Shown here: positions 24,112-35,927 of the stretch, in pieces
How the letters are laid out: the number at the start of each line of letters is the position of its first letter
How positions within the stretch are numbered: the first letter of the stretch is position 1
Source: Octopus sinensis
Taxonomy: Eukaryota
Direction of reading: 5' to 3'
Assembly: GCF_006345805.1 (NCBI RefSeq)
Contig: NC_043020.1
Coordinates: 15,128,001-15,192,000 of the forward strand
DNA: 64,000 bases
Made by a program: the position numbers and the translations under genes
Notes under the pieces: generated by a model
What the model saw: only the letters and a program-made list of their open reading frames with translations
What the model was told of the DNA's origin: nothing
Database searches by the model: none

Positions 24112-24602
24112 CCATCATCATCATTGTTCGACCGTGGTCGAGACAATGGAATTTACTATGTTACGCCAGACTTCACAGTCCATCATAGCATTACGGAGGT
24201 CCTGTTGCTGGATGCCTGTATCCCTGGAGATTACATCAGGGTAGGAGAGTGTGCGCCCTCTGGTATTGCGAGTAGATGGCTTCCAGAGGAGAAGAGTAGA
24301 AATTACTTCTTTTTCAGCTCTACAACAATGTCCAGCAAACTGGACTCTCCTACCTTTCACAAGAGATGACACAGGTGGTAATTTCCCATATATTTGCATT
24401 TTGGTTGGATGGCGCTTCCACGAGAGATTTTGAGCTCTCATAAGGAGGTGAGTGTAGGTTCCATCCAACCGCCTCTCAAGGTTTTTTTTGGTAACGTCCA
24501 GGTTTCTGAGCCATATAGTAGAATTGGTTCGACTGTGGCTTTGAATATTTCAAGTTTGAAGTCTCTACTTAGATTTGATGACCAGATCTTATGCATGTCA
24601 TT
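24112..24602 (-). mobile_element. 5'-truncated RTE-type LINE with TSD; a related fragment lies at 42215-42720 (+)
   Basis: TSD acagaatcaa; RRVQFAGHCCRA...LLLWKP...RGR C-terminus; (ATG)n tail. Confidence 0.85.
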
Positions 24603-24812
24603 ACAGAATCAATAGAATGTTCCAGTACAATCAGAAAAAGCGCACCAAAACCTTGAGGGTAAAAGAAAGAAAGATTAACACTCGGTGCAGAAGAAAGCAA
24701 AAGATTTTGGTCAAACATCCAGGATAATGAGACACAGCATAATAAAAATGCTGAATGGCTGAAGGAATTGAGACAATAAAACAGATGTGATATAAAGCTG
24801 ACATCTTTATAT

Positions 24813-25601
24813 TATTTCTTTATTACCCACAAGGGGCTAAACACAGAGGGGACAAACAAGGACAGACAAACGGATTAAGTCGATTACATTGACCGCAGTG
24901 GGTAACTGGTACTTATTTAATCGACCCCGAAAGGATGAAAGGCAAAGTCGACCTCGGCGGAATTTGAACTCAGAACGTAACAACAGACGAAATACCTATT
25001 TCTTTATTACCCACAAGGGGCTAAACACAGAGGGGACAAACAAGGACAGACAAACGGATTAAGTCAATTACATTGACCGCAGTGGGTAACTGGTACTTAT
25101 TTAATCGACCCCGAAAGGATGAAAGGCAAAGTCGACCTCAGCGGAATTTGAACTCAGAACGTAACAACAGACGAAATACCTATTTCTTTATTACCCACAA
25201 GGGGCTAAACACAGAGGGGACAAACAAGGACAGACACACGGATTAAGTCGATTACATCGACCCCAGTGGGTAACTGGTACTTATTTAATCGACCCCGAAA
25301 GGATGAAAGGCAAAGTCAACCTCGGCGGAATTTGAACTCAGAACGTAACAACAGACGAAATACCTATTTCTTTATTACCCACAAGGGGCTAAACACAGAG
25401 GGGACAAACAAGGACAGACAAACGGATTAAGTCGATTACATTGACCGCAGTGGGTAACTGGTACTTATTTAATCGACCCCGAAAGGATGAAAGGCAAAGT
25501 CGACCTCGGCGGAATTTGAACTCAGGACGTAACGGCAGACGAAATACGGCTACGCATTTCGCCCGGTGTGCTAATGTTTCTGCCAGCTTGCCGCCTTTTT
25601 A
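24813..25601 (-). mobile_element. Family B SINE tetramer: one head plus four 184-bp bodies, with 14-bp TSD
   Basis: Unit starts at 24817, 25001, 25185, 25369; TSD tgacatctttatat at 24799-24812 and 25602-25615. Confidence 0.93.
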
Positions 25602-25648
25602 TGACATCTTTATATGAATGAATTGCAGCTCAATATATTAACCCCTTG

Positions 25649-26243
25649 AAGGCGGTGAGCTGGCAGAAACGTTAGCGCGCCGGACGAAATGCTTAGCAGT
25701 ATTTCGTCTGTCGTTACGTTCTGAGTTCAAATTCCGCCGAGGTCGACTTTGCCTTTCATCCTTTCGGGGTCGATAAATAAAGTACCAGTTACCCACTGGG
25801 GTCGATGTAATCGATTTAATATCTATGTCTGTCCTTGTATGTCCCCTCTGTGTTTAGCCCCTTGTGGGTAATAAAGAAATAGGTATTTCGTCTGTTGTTA
25901 CGTTCTGAGTTCAAATTCCGCTGAGGTCGACTTTGCCTTTCATCCTTTCGGGGTCGATAAATAAAGTACCAGTTACGCACTGGGTCGATGTAATCGACTT
26001 AATCCGTGTGTCTGTCCTTGTTTGTCCCCTCTGTGTTTAGCCCCTTGTGGGTAATAAAGAAATAGGTATTTCGTCTGTTGTTACGTTCTGAGTTCAAATT
26101 CCGCCGAGGTCGACTTTGCCTTTCATCCTTTCGGGGTCGATAAATAAAGTACCAGTTATGCACCGGGTCGATGTAATCGACTTAATCCGTGTGTCTGTCC
26201 TTGTTTGTCCCCTCTATGTTTAGCCCCTTGTGGGCAGTAAAGG
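25649..26243 (+). mobile_element. Family B SINE trimer: one head plus three 183-184-bp bodies, with 17-bp TSD
   Basis: TSD aatatattaaccccttg at 25632-25648 and 26244-26260. Confidence 0.93.
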
Positions 26244-26494
26244 AATATATTAACCCCTTGACATTTAAACTGGCTATATCTGGCCAAAACATTCTCCCTG
26301 TATTGTGTTCAGGCTGGCCAGATTTGGTCTCTTACACCTACCCTACAATGTCATTCTAAAAATATACATCAGAATTAATGCAAGGTTACAGGTCTTGGTA
26401 CAGCAAGGATTTTAAGGAAAGGCTTGTCTATGTAAGGCACACGAGAGAAAGCAATAAGGGACCTTTGTTAACATGTAGATGACTGCTCTCTCAC

Positions 26495-26526
26495 TGGAAT
26501 GGCTTGACTGTTCAACATCTAAATGT
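26495..26526 (-). CDS. Candidate short exon (HLDVEQSSHS)
   Basis: Acceptor tttcatttttttgaaatctcag|; donor CCA|gtgaga, with a weaker alternative AAG|gtccct at 26463. Confidence 0.25.
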
Positions 26527-26642
26527 CTGAGATTTCAAAAAAAATGAAACATATTAATACTAACCAGTAGTATCGACATACAGACATATGCACACATATG
26601 TACAACAGACACATGTACATGTATGAGCCCAGACATATGCAT

Positions 26643-26685
<43 letters not shown>

Positions 26686-26700
26686 CACACACACACACAT

Positions 26701-26747
<47 letters not shown>

Positions 26748-26804
26748 CATATAAAACATGAGAGAAAGAGGAAAACTAATGGAGTTTACAAAATTCTTTA
26801 TTAA

Positions 26805-27117
26805 CCCCTTACCCAGCAGAAACGAATATATGCATTTTGACCGGTTTGAAATCGTTTTTTTCCATCTCTGGCGAGTTAACTCGTCAAAAGATAGACTCGC
26901 CAAAATCGACAGCAAACGAGTTCCTTCGTCTAAAAACGGGTTAACTCGTTTCTGCCCAAAGCGGTAATTTAAAATCAATATTATTGAATTAAAATTCATA
27001 ATAAATAAGGTTTGAAATATACCTCGAAATCACCATTCAAAACATAGTAAAATAAAACAATTAAAAAATATGTCTGAAAAAATACATTTATTTTCAAAAT
27101 AATTGTTGGGTAAGGGG
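26805..27117. mobile_element. piggyBac-type MITE
   Basis: TTAA|CCCCTTACCCA ... TGGGTAAGGGG|TTAA. Confidence 0.88.
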
Positions 27118-27299
27118 TTAATTACTATGGTCGTTTCAAGCCATTGAACGTTGGTGTCTTTTTGGTGAGATGCTGCTCAAACAGTTGTGGTGCATCAATG
27201 GTCAAAATGTGTTTTGTCAGGTGACTTGTCGAAATGTACTTTGTTCTTTAATCTCTGTTTCGCTTATTTCAATTGCAATACATTTTGGTAGATACTCAC

Positions 27300-27312
27300 A
27301 TAAATGAGAAAC
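27300..27312 (-). CDS. Candidate 13-nt micro-exon GTTTCTCATTTAT
   Basis: attctttttttcctttaactcag|13 nt|gtgagtatc; both splice sites are near consensus, and the flanks are unique sequence. Confidence 0.45.
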
Positions 27313-27519
27313 CTGAGTTAAAGGAAAAAAAGAATAAGTGATTAATAAAGAATCTTGTGAATTTCATTTTCTTTCTCATATTTTATAAACTCTACAGACA
27401 CAAAGGAATATGAAGTAAATCAAGTGGCATTTAAATCCATTCTGTTGATGACATCAGATAGCCAAATACAGTGAACAGGCTTTAAATAGCACACATATGC
27501 ATATATATATATATATATA

Positions 27520-28880
27520 TATATAGAAAATAGTAAAAAGTGAAAAAACTACAGAAGGCTTGTTTTAGAAGGTTAAAAAATATATATTTGAGTCATTATG
27601 TCTGAAGAATGTTATAAATTTTTTTCTTACAATGACATAGTTTTTGAAGAAAGACCGGTTTCGCGTTCAGCTTTTCAAATTTCTTACAAAGCCACAGACG
27701 CCAAACAATACCTACTTTTTGATTCATGCCACCCAAGACACACTAAAACAAACATCCCCTTCAACCTTGCAAGAAGGATATGCACAATAGTGTCAGAACA
27801 AAATACCAGGAACTTTAGACTGCAAGAACTCAAAAACACCCTAATTGACAGACATTACCCAGCTCAACTCATAGAGGATGGGATCAGACGTGCAACAGAA
27901 ATCAACATAGAAACTTTGAGAAAAGTTCAACACAACAACACACCTTCCCTGAAAATACTACCTTACATATCCACATACAACCTCAGAAACAAAGAAGCTT
28001 TCACCATCATCACCCAGAATTTACCAATACTTGATAAGGACCCCAAATTAAAGGAAATTCTAAACACACACCAAATCATTAAAAGCTACAAACAACCTAA
28101 ATCACTTAAAAAGATTCTCACAAAGGCAAAATTGTTTTCTGAAATTACGGATGCAAAAGTAAAAAAATGTGGTAGACCGAACTGTGCAACATATCCAAAC
28201 CTACTAGAAGGATCAGAATTCCTCTTCAAAGAGGGACAGAAATTCAAGATCAAATCTAATTTTACTTGTGCCTCTGAAAACATAATTTATGTCATAAAAT
28301 GCTCGGGCTGCCACCAAAACTACGTGGGGTCCACGGGGCTATCACTCAGACGTAGATGCACACTGCATTGACAACAGATTGCATTCCCAGAATACAGAAT
28401 GATACCCTTTAGTGAGCACATTAAGAAATGCGCAAAGCAACTACTACCACAATTTTTAATCTTTCCATTTTACCAATGTGCTATCGGAACACCAACACAA
28501 ATTAGACTAAACAAGGAAACATTCTTCATTGAAAAATACAAGCCCAAACTTAACCATTCCAACATTCTTATACAGAGAAACTCACTCCAAAAGAAAAGCA
28601 AGAAATATTAAGCGATTATCTCCCTTACACTGGAAGAAATCACTTATTACCTCCCCTTATCTGGAACTCTCTTTCACTCTCCTTCACACTTCTCAACGTA
28701 AACATAACGATGTAAGAAATTTGAAAAGCTGAACGCAAAACCGGTCTTTCTTCAAAAACTATGTCATTGTATGAAAAAAATTTATAACATTCTTCAGACA
28801 TAATGACTCAAATATATATTTTTTAACCTTCTAAAACAAGCCTTCTGTAGTTTTTTCACTTTTTACTATTTTCTATATAT
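27520..28880 (+). mobile_element. 5'-truncated Penelope-like element (GIY-YIG endonuclease) with inverted 5' terminal repeat
   Basis: YKATDAKQYLLFDSCHP, RHYP, FTCASENIIYVIKCSGCHQNYVGST..LRRR..H; 27520-27690 is the reverse complement of 28710-28880. Confidence 0.92.
27647..27685 (-). ncRNA. Minimal hammerhead variant with U3-A8 compensatory core (inverted pLTR copy)
   Basis: AAGAAA-T-TTGAAAA-GC-TGAAC-GC-GAA-ACCGGT-C-TTTCTT; the sense copy at 28714-28752 has G12 changed to A. Confidence 0.6.
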
Positions 28881-28929
28881 TCAACCACGTGCTTTCACAC
28901 ACCAACTTTTTCACCTATATATATATATA

Positions 28930-29110
28930 TATAGTTAATCCAAACATGTAAACACAACAACGCGAGGACGTGGAATGAATATAATGTTATTGGATGCTCA
29001 GGAAAGAAGGAAAGAAGGAGGGTTTAACATTTCGAGCAGAGCTCTTCATCAGAAACACAGGAAAAGGAAAGACGGAGAAAAAAAATCGTCAACGGTACAC
29101 GCGCGGTCAC
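28930..29110 (-). mobile_element. Solo Penelope-like terminal repeat with minimal hammerhead (29022-29056)
   Basis: GTTT-CTGATGAA-GAGC-TCT-GCTC-GAAATGTT-AAAC; same family as 44600-44810. Confidence 0.7.
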
Positions 29111-29119
29111 ATAATAATA

Positions 29120-29430
29120 ATGAAATTATTGTATACAGTACTCAGGTGCATATAAAGTATATGCAGTAATGTATTAATGTACTAAAGTGAACAATGTATG
29201 AGTCAGACACATGCTTGCGTGTGTATGGAGGGAAGAAAATCAGGTGTAGTGTTGGTGAATCTCAGGAACCATGGAAGTTTTGAAGGATGCAGTGCTCCGA
29301 CAACTAACAACTGATGCTGGCAGTTTGTTCCATATTTCAGCAACTCTTAGTGTGAAAAAAATGTTTCTGAAAGTCATGGGAGCTGTGCTGTTTTCTGACT
29401 TTGTAAACATGTCTACGGGTGTTAGACAGG
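29120..29430 (-). mobile_element. CR1/L2-like 3' end fragment, same family as 7917-9280
   Basis: FFTLRVAEIWNKLPASVVSCRSTASFK; (ATT)n tail. Confidence 0.85.
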
Positions 29431-29725
29431 TGGAGTTGAAGTAGGTACTTAAGTTGAAGCACCAAGTCAGTCCAGTATTATCCACACAGCTTGAAGTAAG
29501 GTGAATAAAAAGTAAATAAGTAACAAGGATGTCAAGGTATTAGTGCATTACAGCCATTTCAGGTGGCTCCATTTAATTGACCAATGCAAGCAATACATCA
29601 ATTTGAAATACACCGCCTTCCTTGGATGCATAAGACCATATAGGTTTTCAACATACTGGATACTCCATTATAATTTTTTTTAGCAAATTTTTTTATCAGA
29701 ACTAGAGAAATAAAGAATTACATAC

Positions 29726-29752
29726 TTGTTGCTATTCTTGTAGCAGAATGAA
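29726..29752 (-). CDS. Candidate 27-nt exon (49 nt with the upstream acceptor at 29774)
   Basis: ttttctcccctaag|TTCATT...CAACAA|gtatgt; two of the three frames are open. Confidence 0.25.
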
Positions 29753-30105
29753 CTTAGGGGAGAAAATACCCCAACTATAATTTGGAATGGCAGAAGCGAA
29801 TAACAATAGGGGTCAAGAGATGGTAATATAGTTACATTTATCTATCTCCTTATCACAATCAAAAGATCCAATGCAGCTAGTATTTTACATCCACTTAGAA
29901 TTAAAACCACTGGGAATTGACAATTAAGTTCCAGCTGCTAGTGATAAATTAATTAATGTCAGATGCTCTTCTCTTCTCCTATTTTACTGTGGTTATAAAT
30001 TTGCTATGACTACTTAAAGGAACATGTCTCAGAAGATGTCAGAAAGATAATGGTATATGTCCAGAAAGAGAGAGGGGAGGGGTGACATAAACTATTTTAT
30101 TATTA

Positions 30106-30467
30106 TCTCTCTCTATATAAACAGCAAAATGTCTGTGTGTGTCCTTTATACAAATTCACAATTTTTCAGTTAGAGGGCTCGCACTTTCTATGGTCATTTA
30201 AAACTGTCCACGGGTGGTTGTGCACATCTTTACATTTCCCCAGTCACCCTGCAAAGTCATTAAAAAATCAATAGAAGTGACTTTTTTGTGAATTTTCTAT
30301 CCAAAACCCAATCAAAATGCCCAAAACTTGATACGCCAATTGAATGCCAGCTAGCTGTGTGTGATTGGTCGGAGATTTGGACAGTACTCACGTGTATGTG
30401 TGCATGCATGCAGCTGTATATGCATGCACTAGCATTATGACCCGGCAACACCGGGTCATAGTGCTAG
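30106..30467 (+). mobile_element. Non-autonomous Helitron
   Basis: a|TCTCTCTCTATATAAAC start; hairpin tatgacccgg-caaca-ccgggtcata then CTAG|t. Confidence 0.85.
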
Positions 30468-30814
30468 TCATCAGTTAAAAGGGGCCTAAAGGAGAAAACA
30501 TAGGAGATCACAATGAGATCTAAATGAGCATTTGTATATCCAAATTCAGCAAAATGTTTATATTACAATAATAAATAATAAAATTTTTAAATTTAGAAAG
30601 GGATTTAAGGACCAAGTAAGTAGGTGCAGGAGTGGCTGTGTGGTAAGTAGCTTGCTTACCAACCACATGGTTCCGGGTTCAGTCCCACTGCATGGCACCT
30701 TGGGCAAGTGTCTTCCACTATAACCTTGGGCCGACCAAAGCCTTGTGAGTGGATTTGGTAGACAGAAACTGAAAGAAGCCCGTCGTATATATGTATATAT
30801 ATATGTGTGTGTGT

Positions 30815-30851
<37 letters not shown>

Positions 30852-31099
30852 TTGTGTGTCTGTGTTTGTCCCCCCAACATCGCTTGACAACCGATGCTGG
30901 TGTGTTTACATCCCCGTAACTTAGCGGTTTGGCAAAAGAGACCGATAGAATAAGTACTAGGCTTACAAAGAATAAGTCCAGGGGTCGATTTGATCGACTA
31001 AAGGCGGTGCTCCAGCATGGCCACAGTCAAATGACTGAAACAAGTAAAAGATTAAACCAATTTAAGCTCTAAAAAAGTACTTTTAGAGTACTTTTATAT

Positions 31100-31960
31100 A
31101 AAATAGAAACCTTATAATGCTTCATCCTAGCAAACCGTTAGAACCATTCAGCAACACCCCACTTCCAATACCAACCCGATTCCTTTATCTCACTAACAAC
31201 TACTTTTGACCACCTCTTCACCCCACACCGTTAGTTACTGAACCAGACAACTCATTTCCCTCCCCCCCCCAGTTAATAACGAGTCTTTTTTCACGATCTG
31301 AACCTTCTAACTCTGTAACCTTCATACAAACTATCACAAAGATTATCACCTCCTAAACCACCCTTCCTCCTGTCCTCCCATCTTACACCTCTATTACTAT
31401 CATTAGCCTCATTATAAACCCTAACCTTGAAATCTAGTTTCTCCTCCCACTACCCTCTATCTAAACACCCCCAACTCCCCTCCCTAACACACTTAGTTCT
31501 CCACAAAATCATTCCATCTTTAAACTCCATCCTGTCAATACCCCAAATGTAAAATTCTCCCTTTGTGGTGTATGCAAGAGATTCAAAATAAAAGCACCTA
31601 CCTTGCCTTCGCTCAGATGGAGACCCTTCAGTGGTAACGGATCCTTCAACACAGCCCCAACCCGAACGCTAGAGATAGCAGCTGCTTCACCCAACCTTAA
31701 CAACGTGATCACCCGTCTTAACCCCTCGACGACCTGACTTGAAAAAGCAGAATGCCCCGCTCGCTGCACACGCGTCACAGCTGCCCCTTCCGGTCAGCCC
31801 CAAGTTCCGGTCAGCTCCCCAGCTGCTGACGTCATCCCACACCCTTGAAGACAGAGGCAATGTTATCTGATAATGGATCCAAGTAACCATCATTATTCCA
31901 GACGATCAAGCCCCCCCCGAAAACAGCTGTTAGGCTCATAAAACTCTACCCATTTAACTT
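31100..31960 (+). mobile_element. Old C-rich LINE remnant, Jockey/I-like, unassigned; similar remnants at 38680-38960 and 39200-39520
   Basis: Composition and fragmentary peptide only; no catalytic motif recovered. Confidence 0.3.
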
Positions 31961-32540
31961 CCAATATCACTTATATTCTATAAGTTGGACTAAATCCATA
32001 CACATGTACATTTTTTCTATTAAATGTATTTAATATTCTGAGTAAAGCGACTTGTTTAACTTGCTTGTCATATTTACTCATCTACTGTTTCAAGTTCAAA
32101 TTTCTTGAGGGCTTTGAAGTGTATTCTATGTTGAGAACACCTGCCTCTAACCTAGGCGCAGGAGTGGCTGTGTAGTAAGTAGCTTACTTACCAACCACAT
32201 GGTTTTGGGTTCAGTCCTACTGCGTGGCACCTTGGGCAAGTGTCTTCTACTATAGCCTCGGGCCGACCAAAGCCCTGTGAGTGGATTTGGTAGACGGAAT
32301 CTGAAAGAAGCCCGTCGTATGTATGTATATATACATATATATATGTATGTGTGTGTATGTTTGTGTGTCAGTGTTTGTCGCCCCCAACATTGCTTGACAA
32401 CCGATGCTGGTGTGTTTATGTCCCTGTAACATAGCAGTTTGGCAAAAGAGACCGATAGAATAAGTCCTGGGGTTGATTTGCTCGACTAAAGATGGTGCTC
32501 CATCATTGCCACAGTCAAATGACTGAAACAAGTAAAAGAG

Positions 32541-32595
<55 letters not shown>

Positions 32596-32645
32596 CATCA
32601 TGTATGTATTATATATATATATATACCCATATACCCATTTATATA

Positions 32646-33350
32646 CAGGGTGATTGGAAAGTAACTCCCTCGTTTAAAATGCTTATAATTTATTTATTAA
32701 CTATAATTTTTTCCTCAAATTTGTTGAGTATGTTCTTTGATGTATGGGAATTGATTCCATGTTGTTTTTTTTTCAGATTATTTTGTTTGAAATTTAGAAG
32801 CCCTACAAACATGGCTGGCTGTTTTACTGTGCAGGAGCATGCCCAGCTAGCTGCATATTATCAAGTTTGGAGATCAGTTGTTCAAGTGCAAAGATGGTGG
32901 AGGACCATTAGAGGAAGACATGCTCAAGTTGATGCAAAGATAATCAAGAATTGTCATGCAAAACTCATGACTACGGGATGTGGGAGATGGATGGGTCGTC
33001 GAGGTCTGCATGATTGGCCAAACAGAAGCCCTGATTTAACACCCTGCGACTGTTTTCTTTGGGGTTGGTTAAATGAGGGAGTCTTCTCTACCAAACCAAT
33101 GACCTTGGAAGAACTTGAATGGGGAATACGAGAAGTTATGCCTTTCATTCCACAAGACTTCCTAATGAAATCAGTTGATGTGGTTCCCAGGCAGTTTCAG
33201 AAGCTGGTGGTGAATGCTGGTGCCTATATCAAATTTTAAATAAAATTCCATGCTATACACTTTCTTTACATATTCATTTTTTCTAAAAATTATAGTTAAT
33301 AAATAAATTATAAGTATTTTAAAATAGGGAGTTACTTTTCAATCACCCTG
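32646..33350 (+). mobile_element. Internally deleted Tc1/mariner (maT/DD37D-like) transposon with an in-frame fusion ORF at 32811-33239
   Basis: TA|CAGGGTGATTGGAAAGTAACTCCCT...AGGGAGTTACTTTTCAATCACCCTG|TA with about 65-bp TIRs; N-terminal HTH-like region joined to GRWMGRRG..WPNRSPDLTPCDCFLWG. Confidence 0.9.
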
Positions 33351-33490
33351 TATATTACATACTCTTTTACTCTTTTACAGGTTTCAGTCATTTGATTACG
33401 GCCATGCTGGAGCACTGCCTTACAGGGTTTTAGTCAAAGAAATTGATCCCAGGACTTGTTATTTGTAAGCCTAGTACTTATTTTATCAGT

Positions 33491-33880
33491 GGAGGGGCAA
33501 TGGCCCAGTGGTTAGGGCAGCGGACTCGCGGTCATAGGATCGCGGTTTTGATTCCCAGACCGGGCGTTGTGAGTGTTTATTGAGCGAAAACACCTAAAGC
33601 TCCACGAGGCTCCGGCAGGGGATGGTGGTGATCCCTGCTGTACTCTTTCACCACAACTTTCTCTCACTCTTACTTCCTGTTTCTGTTGTACCTGTATTTC
33701 AAGGGGCCGGCCTTGTCACTCTCTGTGTCATGCTGAATATCCCCGAGAACTACGTTAAGGGTACACGTGTCTGTGGAGTGCTCAGCCACTTACACGTTAA
33801 TTTCACGAGCAGGCTGTTCCGTTGAATCGGATCAACCGGAACCCTCGTCGTCGTAACCGACAGAGTGCTTCCATCCATCC
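33491..33880 (+). mobile_element. Family D SINE nested inside a family A SINE
   Basis: 15-bp TSD acttattttatcagt at 33476-33490 and 33881-33895. Confidence 0.9.
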
Positions 33881-34399
33881 ACTTATTTTATCAGTTTCTT
33901 TTGTTGAACCGCTAAATTATGGGGACATAAACATACCATCGGTTGTCAAACGATGGTGGAGGGACAAACGATTACAAACACACATAAATACATATACACA
34001 CATAGATATATAGCCAGAGGCTATAGTAGAAAGCACTTGCCCAAGGTGCCATGCTGTAGGACTGAACCTGGAACCATGTTGTTGAGAAGCAAGCTTCTTA
34101 CCATATAGCCATGCCTTACACATACTTATATATAATAAATATATATGATGTATATTATACATAATTATATATATATATATATATATTAGAAAGTTTGGAG
34201 ATGATGTACAGGTATTTTATATTAGAAGAAATGAGGTACTCAGAAATTCGGATGGTTTTATATTTACAGATATTTATTTGTATATTACCTGTTTTTATAC
34301 ATCATATAACTTATATCATATATCATATATTAGCGCTTTCGTCCATTCTGGTGGATTTATTGGCTTTATGAAGGACATTTATCCTGAGTTGTTGGGACC

Positions 34400-34990
34400 A
34401 TTGTTCTCAACTGTAGTCACCCCACAGTGTAAAATTAATAGCAGAACTTGGATCATTTAAATTGGTGCTACACCAGGAAGATTGCATCAATGGAACAACT
34501 GAGCAACTGGGAGAGACTGAGAGAGTTAAGACTCTACTTGTAACTTTTTTAGAAACATGCAGTGAAATATATATCGAAGATCCTAGAAAGATTGGTACCA
34601 AAATTTGGCACTGAGAATTTTACCAGCCCCTGAAATTGATGTCACTGCATTGTTCCATAGGTTCCACCTGTCCTATCTAGAGTGAGGTCCATGTACTGCA
34701 ATAGCATGAGATTCAAAGGACTACAGGTATTTAAAATCTTGCCAAAATATCTGAGAGATCTACAAGAAATAGGGTAAATGTTTCAAGAAACAACTTGATT
34801 TCTTGCTATCCAAGGTCCGAGCTGAACCTACATCACAGCAAGACACTCAAAACAGGGTAACAATATCAAATCCTCACCCCCCACATTCCCCAAAAGCCAG
34901 TTACAAAAGAATGGCCATTGAAAAGTGATATTACTGACAGTGCCCCAGTATGGCCACAGCCTTTGAGCTCAAACATATAAAAGGATAAAT
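34400..34990 (+). mobile_element. Degenerate CR1-like 3' end
   Basis: Similar to 53100-53690, including the gtgccccag.atggccacagc tail. Confidence 0.7.
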
Positions 34991-35242
34991 AAAAGAGTAA
35001 TATATATATGTTATATATAGATTATATACATATTAAATATATATCTTATATATTATATCATATATATATATGTTCTTTTCTACTCTAACCTCAAGGCTCG
35101 AAATTTTGGGGGAAGGGGCCAGTTGATTAGATTGACCCCAATATGCAACTGGTATTTAATTTATTGACCCCGAAAGAATGAAAGGCAATGTTGAGCTCGG
35201 TGGAATATATCACAAATATATTATATGTATTATGTATATTAC

Positions 35243-35276
<34 letters not shown>

Positions 35277-35744
35277 TTGTGTGTCTGTGTTTGTCCTCCC
35301 CCACCATCGCTTGACCACCGATGTTGGTGTGTTTACGTTCCCGTAGCATAGCAGTTTGGCAAAAGAGACCGATAGGATAAGTACTAGGCTTACAAAGAAT
35401 AAGTCCTGAGGTCGATTTGTTCGATTAAAGGCGGTGCTCCAGCATGGCCGCAGTCAAATGACCGAAACAAATAAAACAAAAAAGAACATGTGTATTATAT
35501 ATATTATATATATCATATGTATATATAATATATATTGTTATATATCATATACATTATATGTATATATATATATATATATATATGTATACAATTATTATAT
35601 ATATATATGTATATAATATATATATATTTAATATAATTATTATATATATATATATATGTATATAATATATGTATATAATATAATATATATATTATAGATA
35701 TATATATAGATATATATATAATATATATATATGTATATAATATA

Positions 35745-35805
<61 letters not shown>

Positions 35806-35852
35806 ATTAGTATATATATATATATAATATATAATATATTATATATATATAC

Positions 35853-35927
<75 letters not shown>

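Larger units (their letters stand above)
23560..24812 (+). mobile_element. Old R4-type LINE N-terminal remnant split by nested insertions
   Basis: Rejoined peptide ...INVIIEELKQKMKAKVSKL*RFKQR..QNRMFQYNQKK...AEESKRFWSNIQ..HNKNAEWLKEL. Confidence 0.55.

Noticed and set aside
24813-26243. Regular 184-bp repeats resembling a CRISPR or satellite array
   Set aside because: There are no unique spacers or cas genes; the units are SINE bodies bounded by TSDs.
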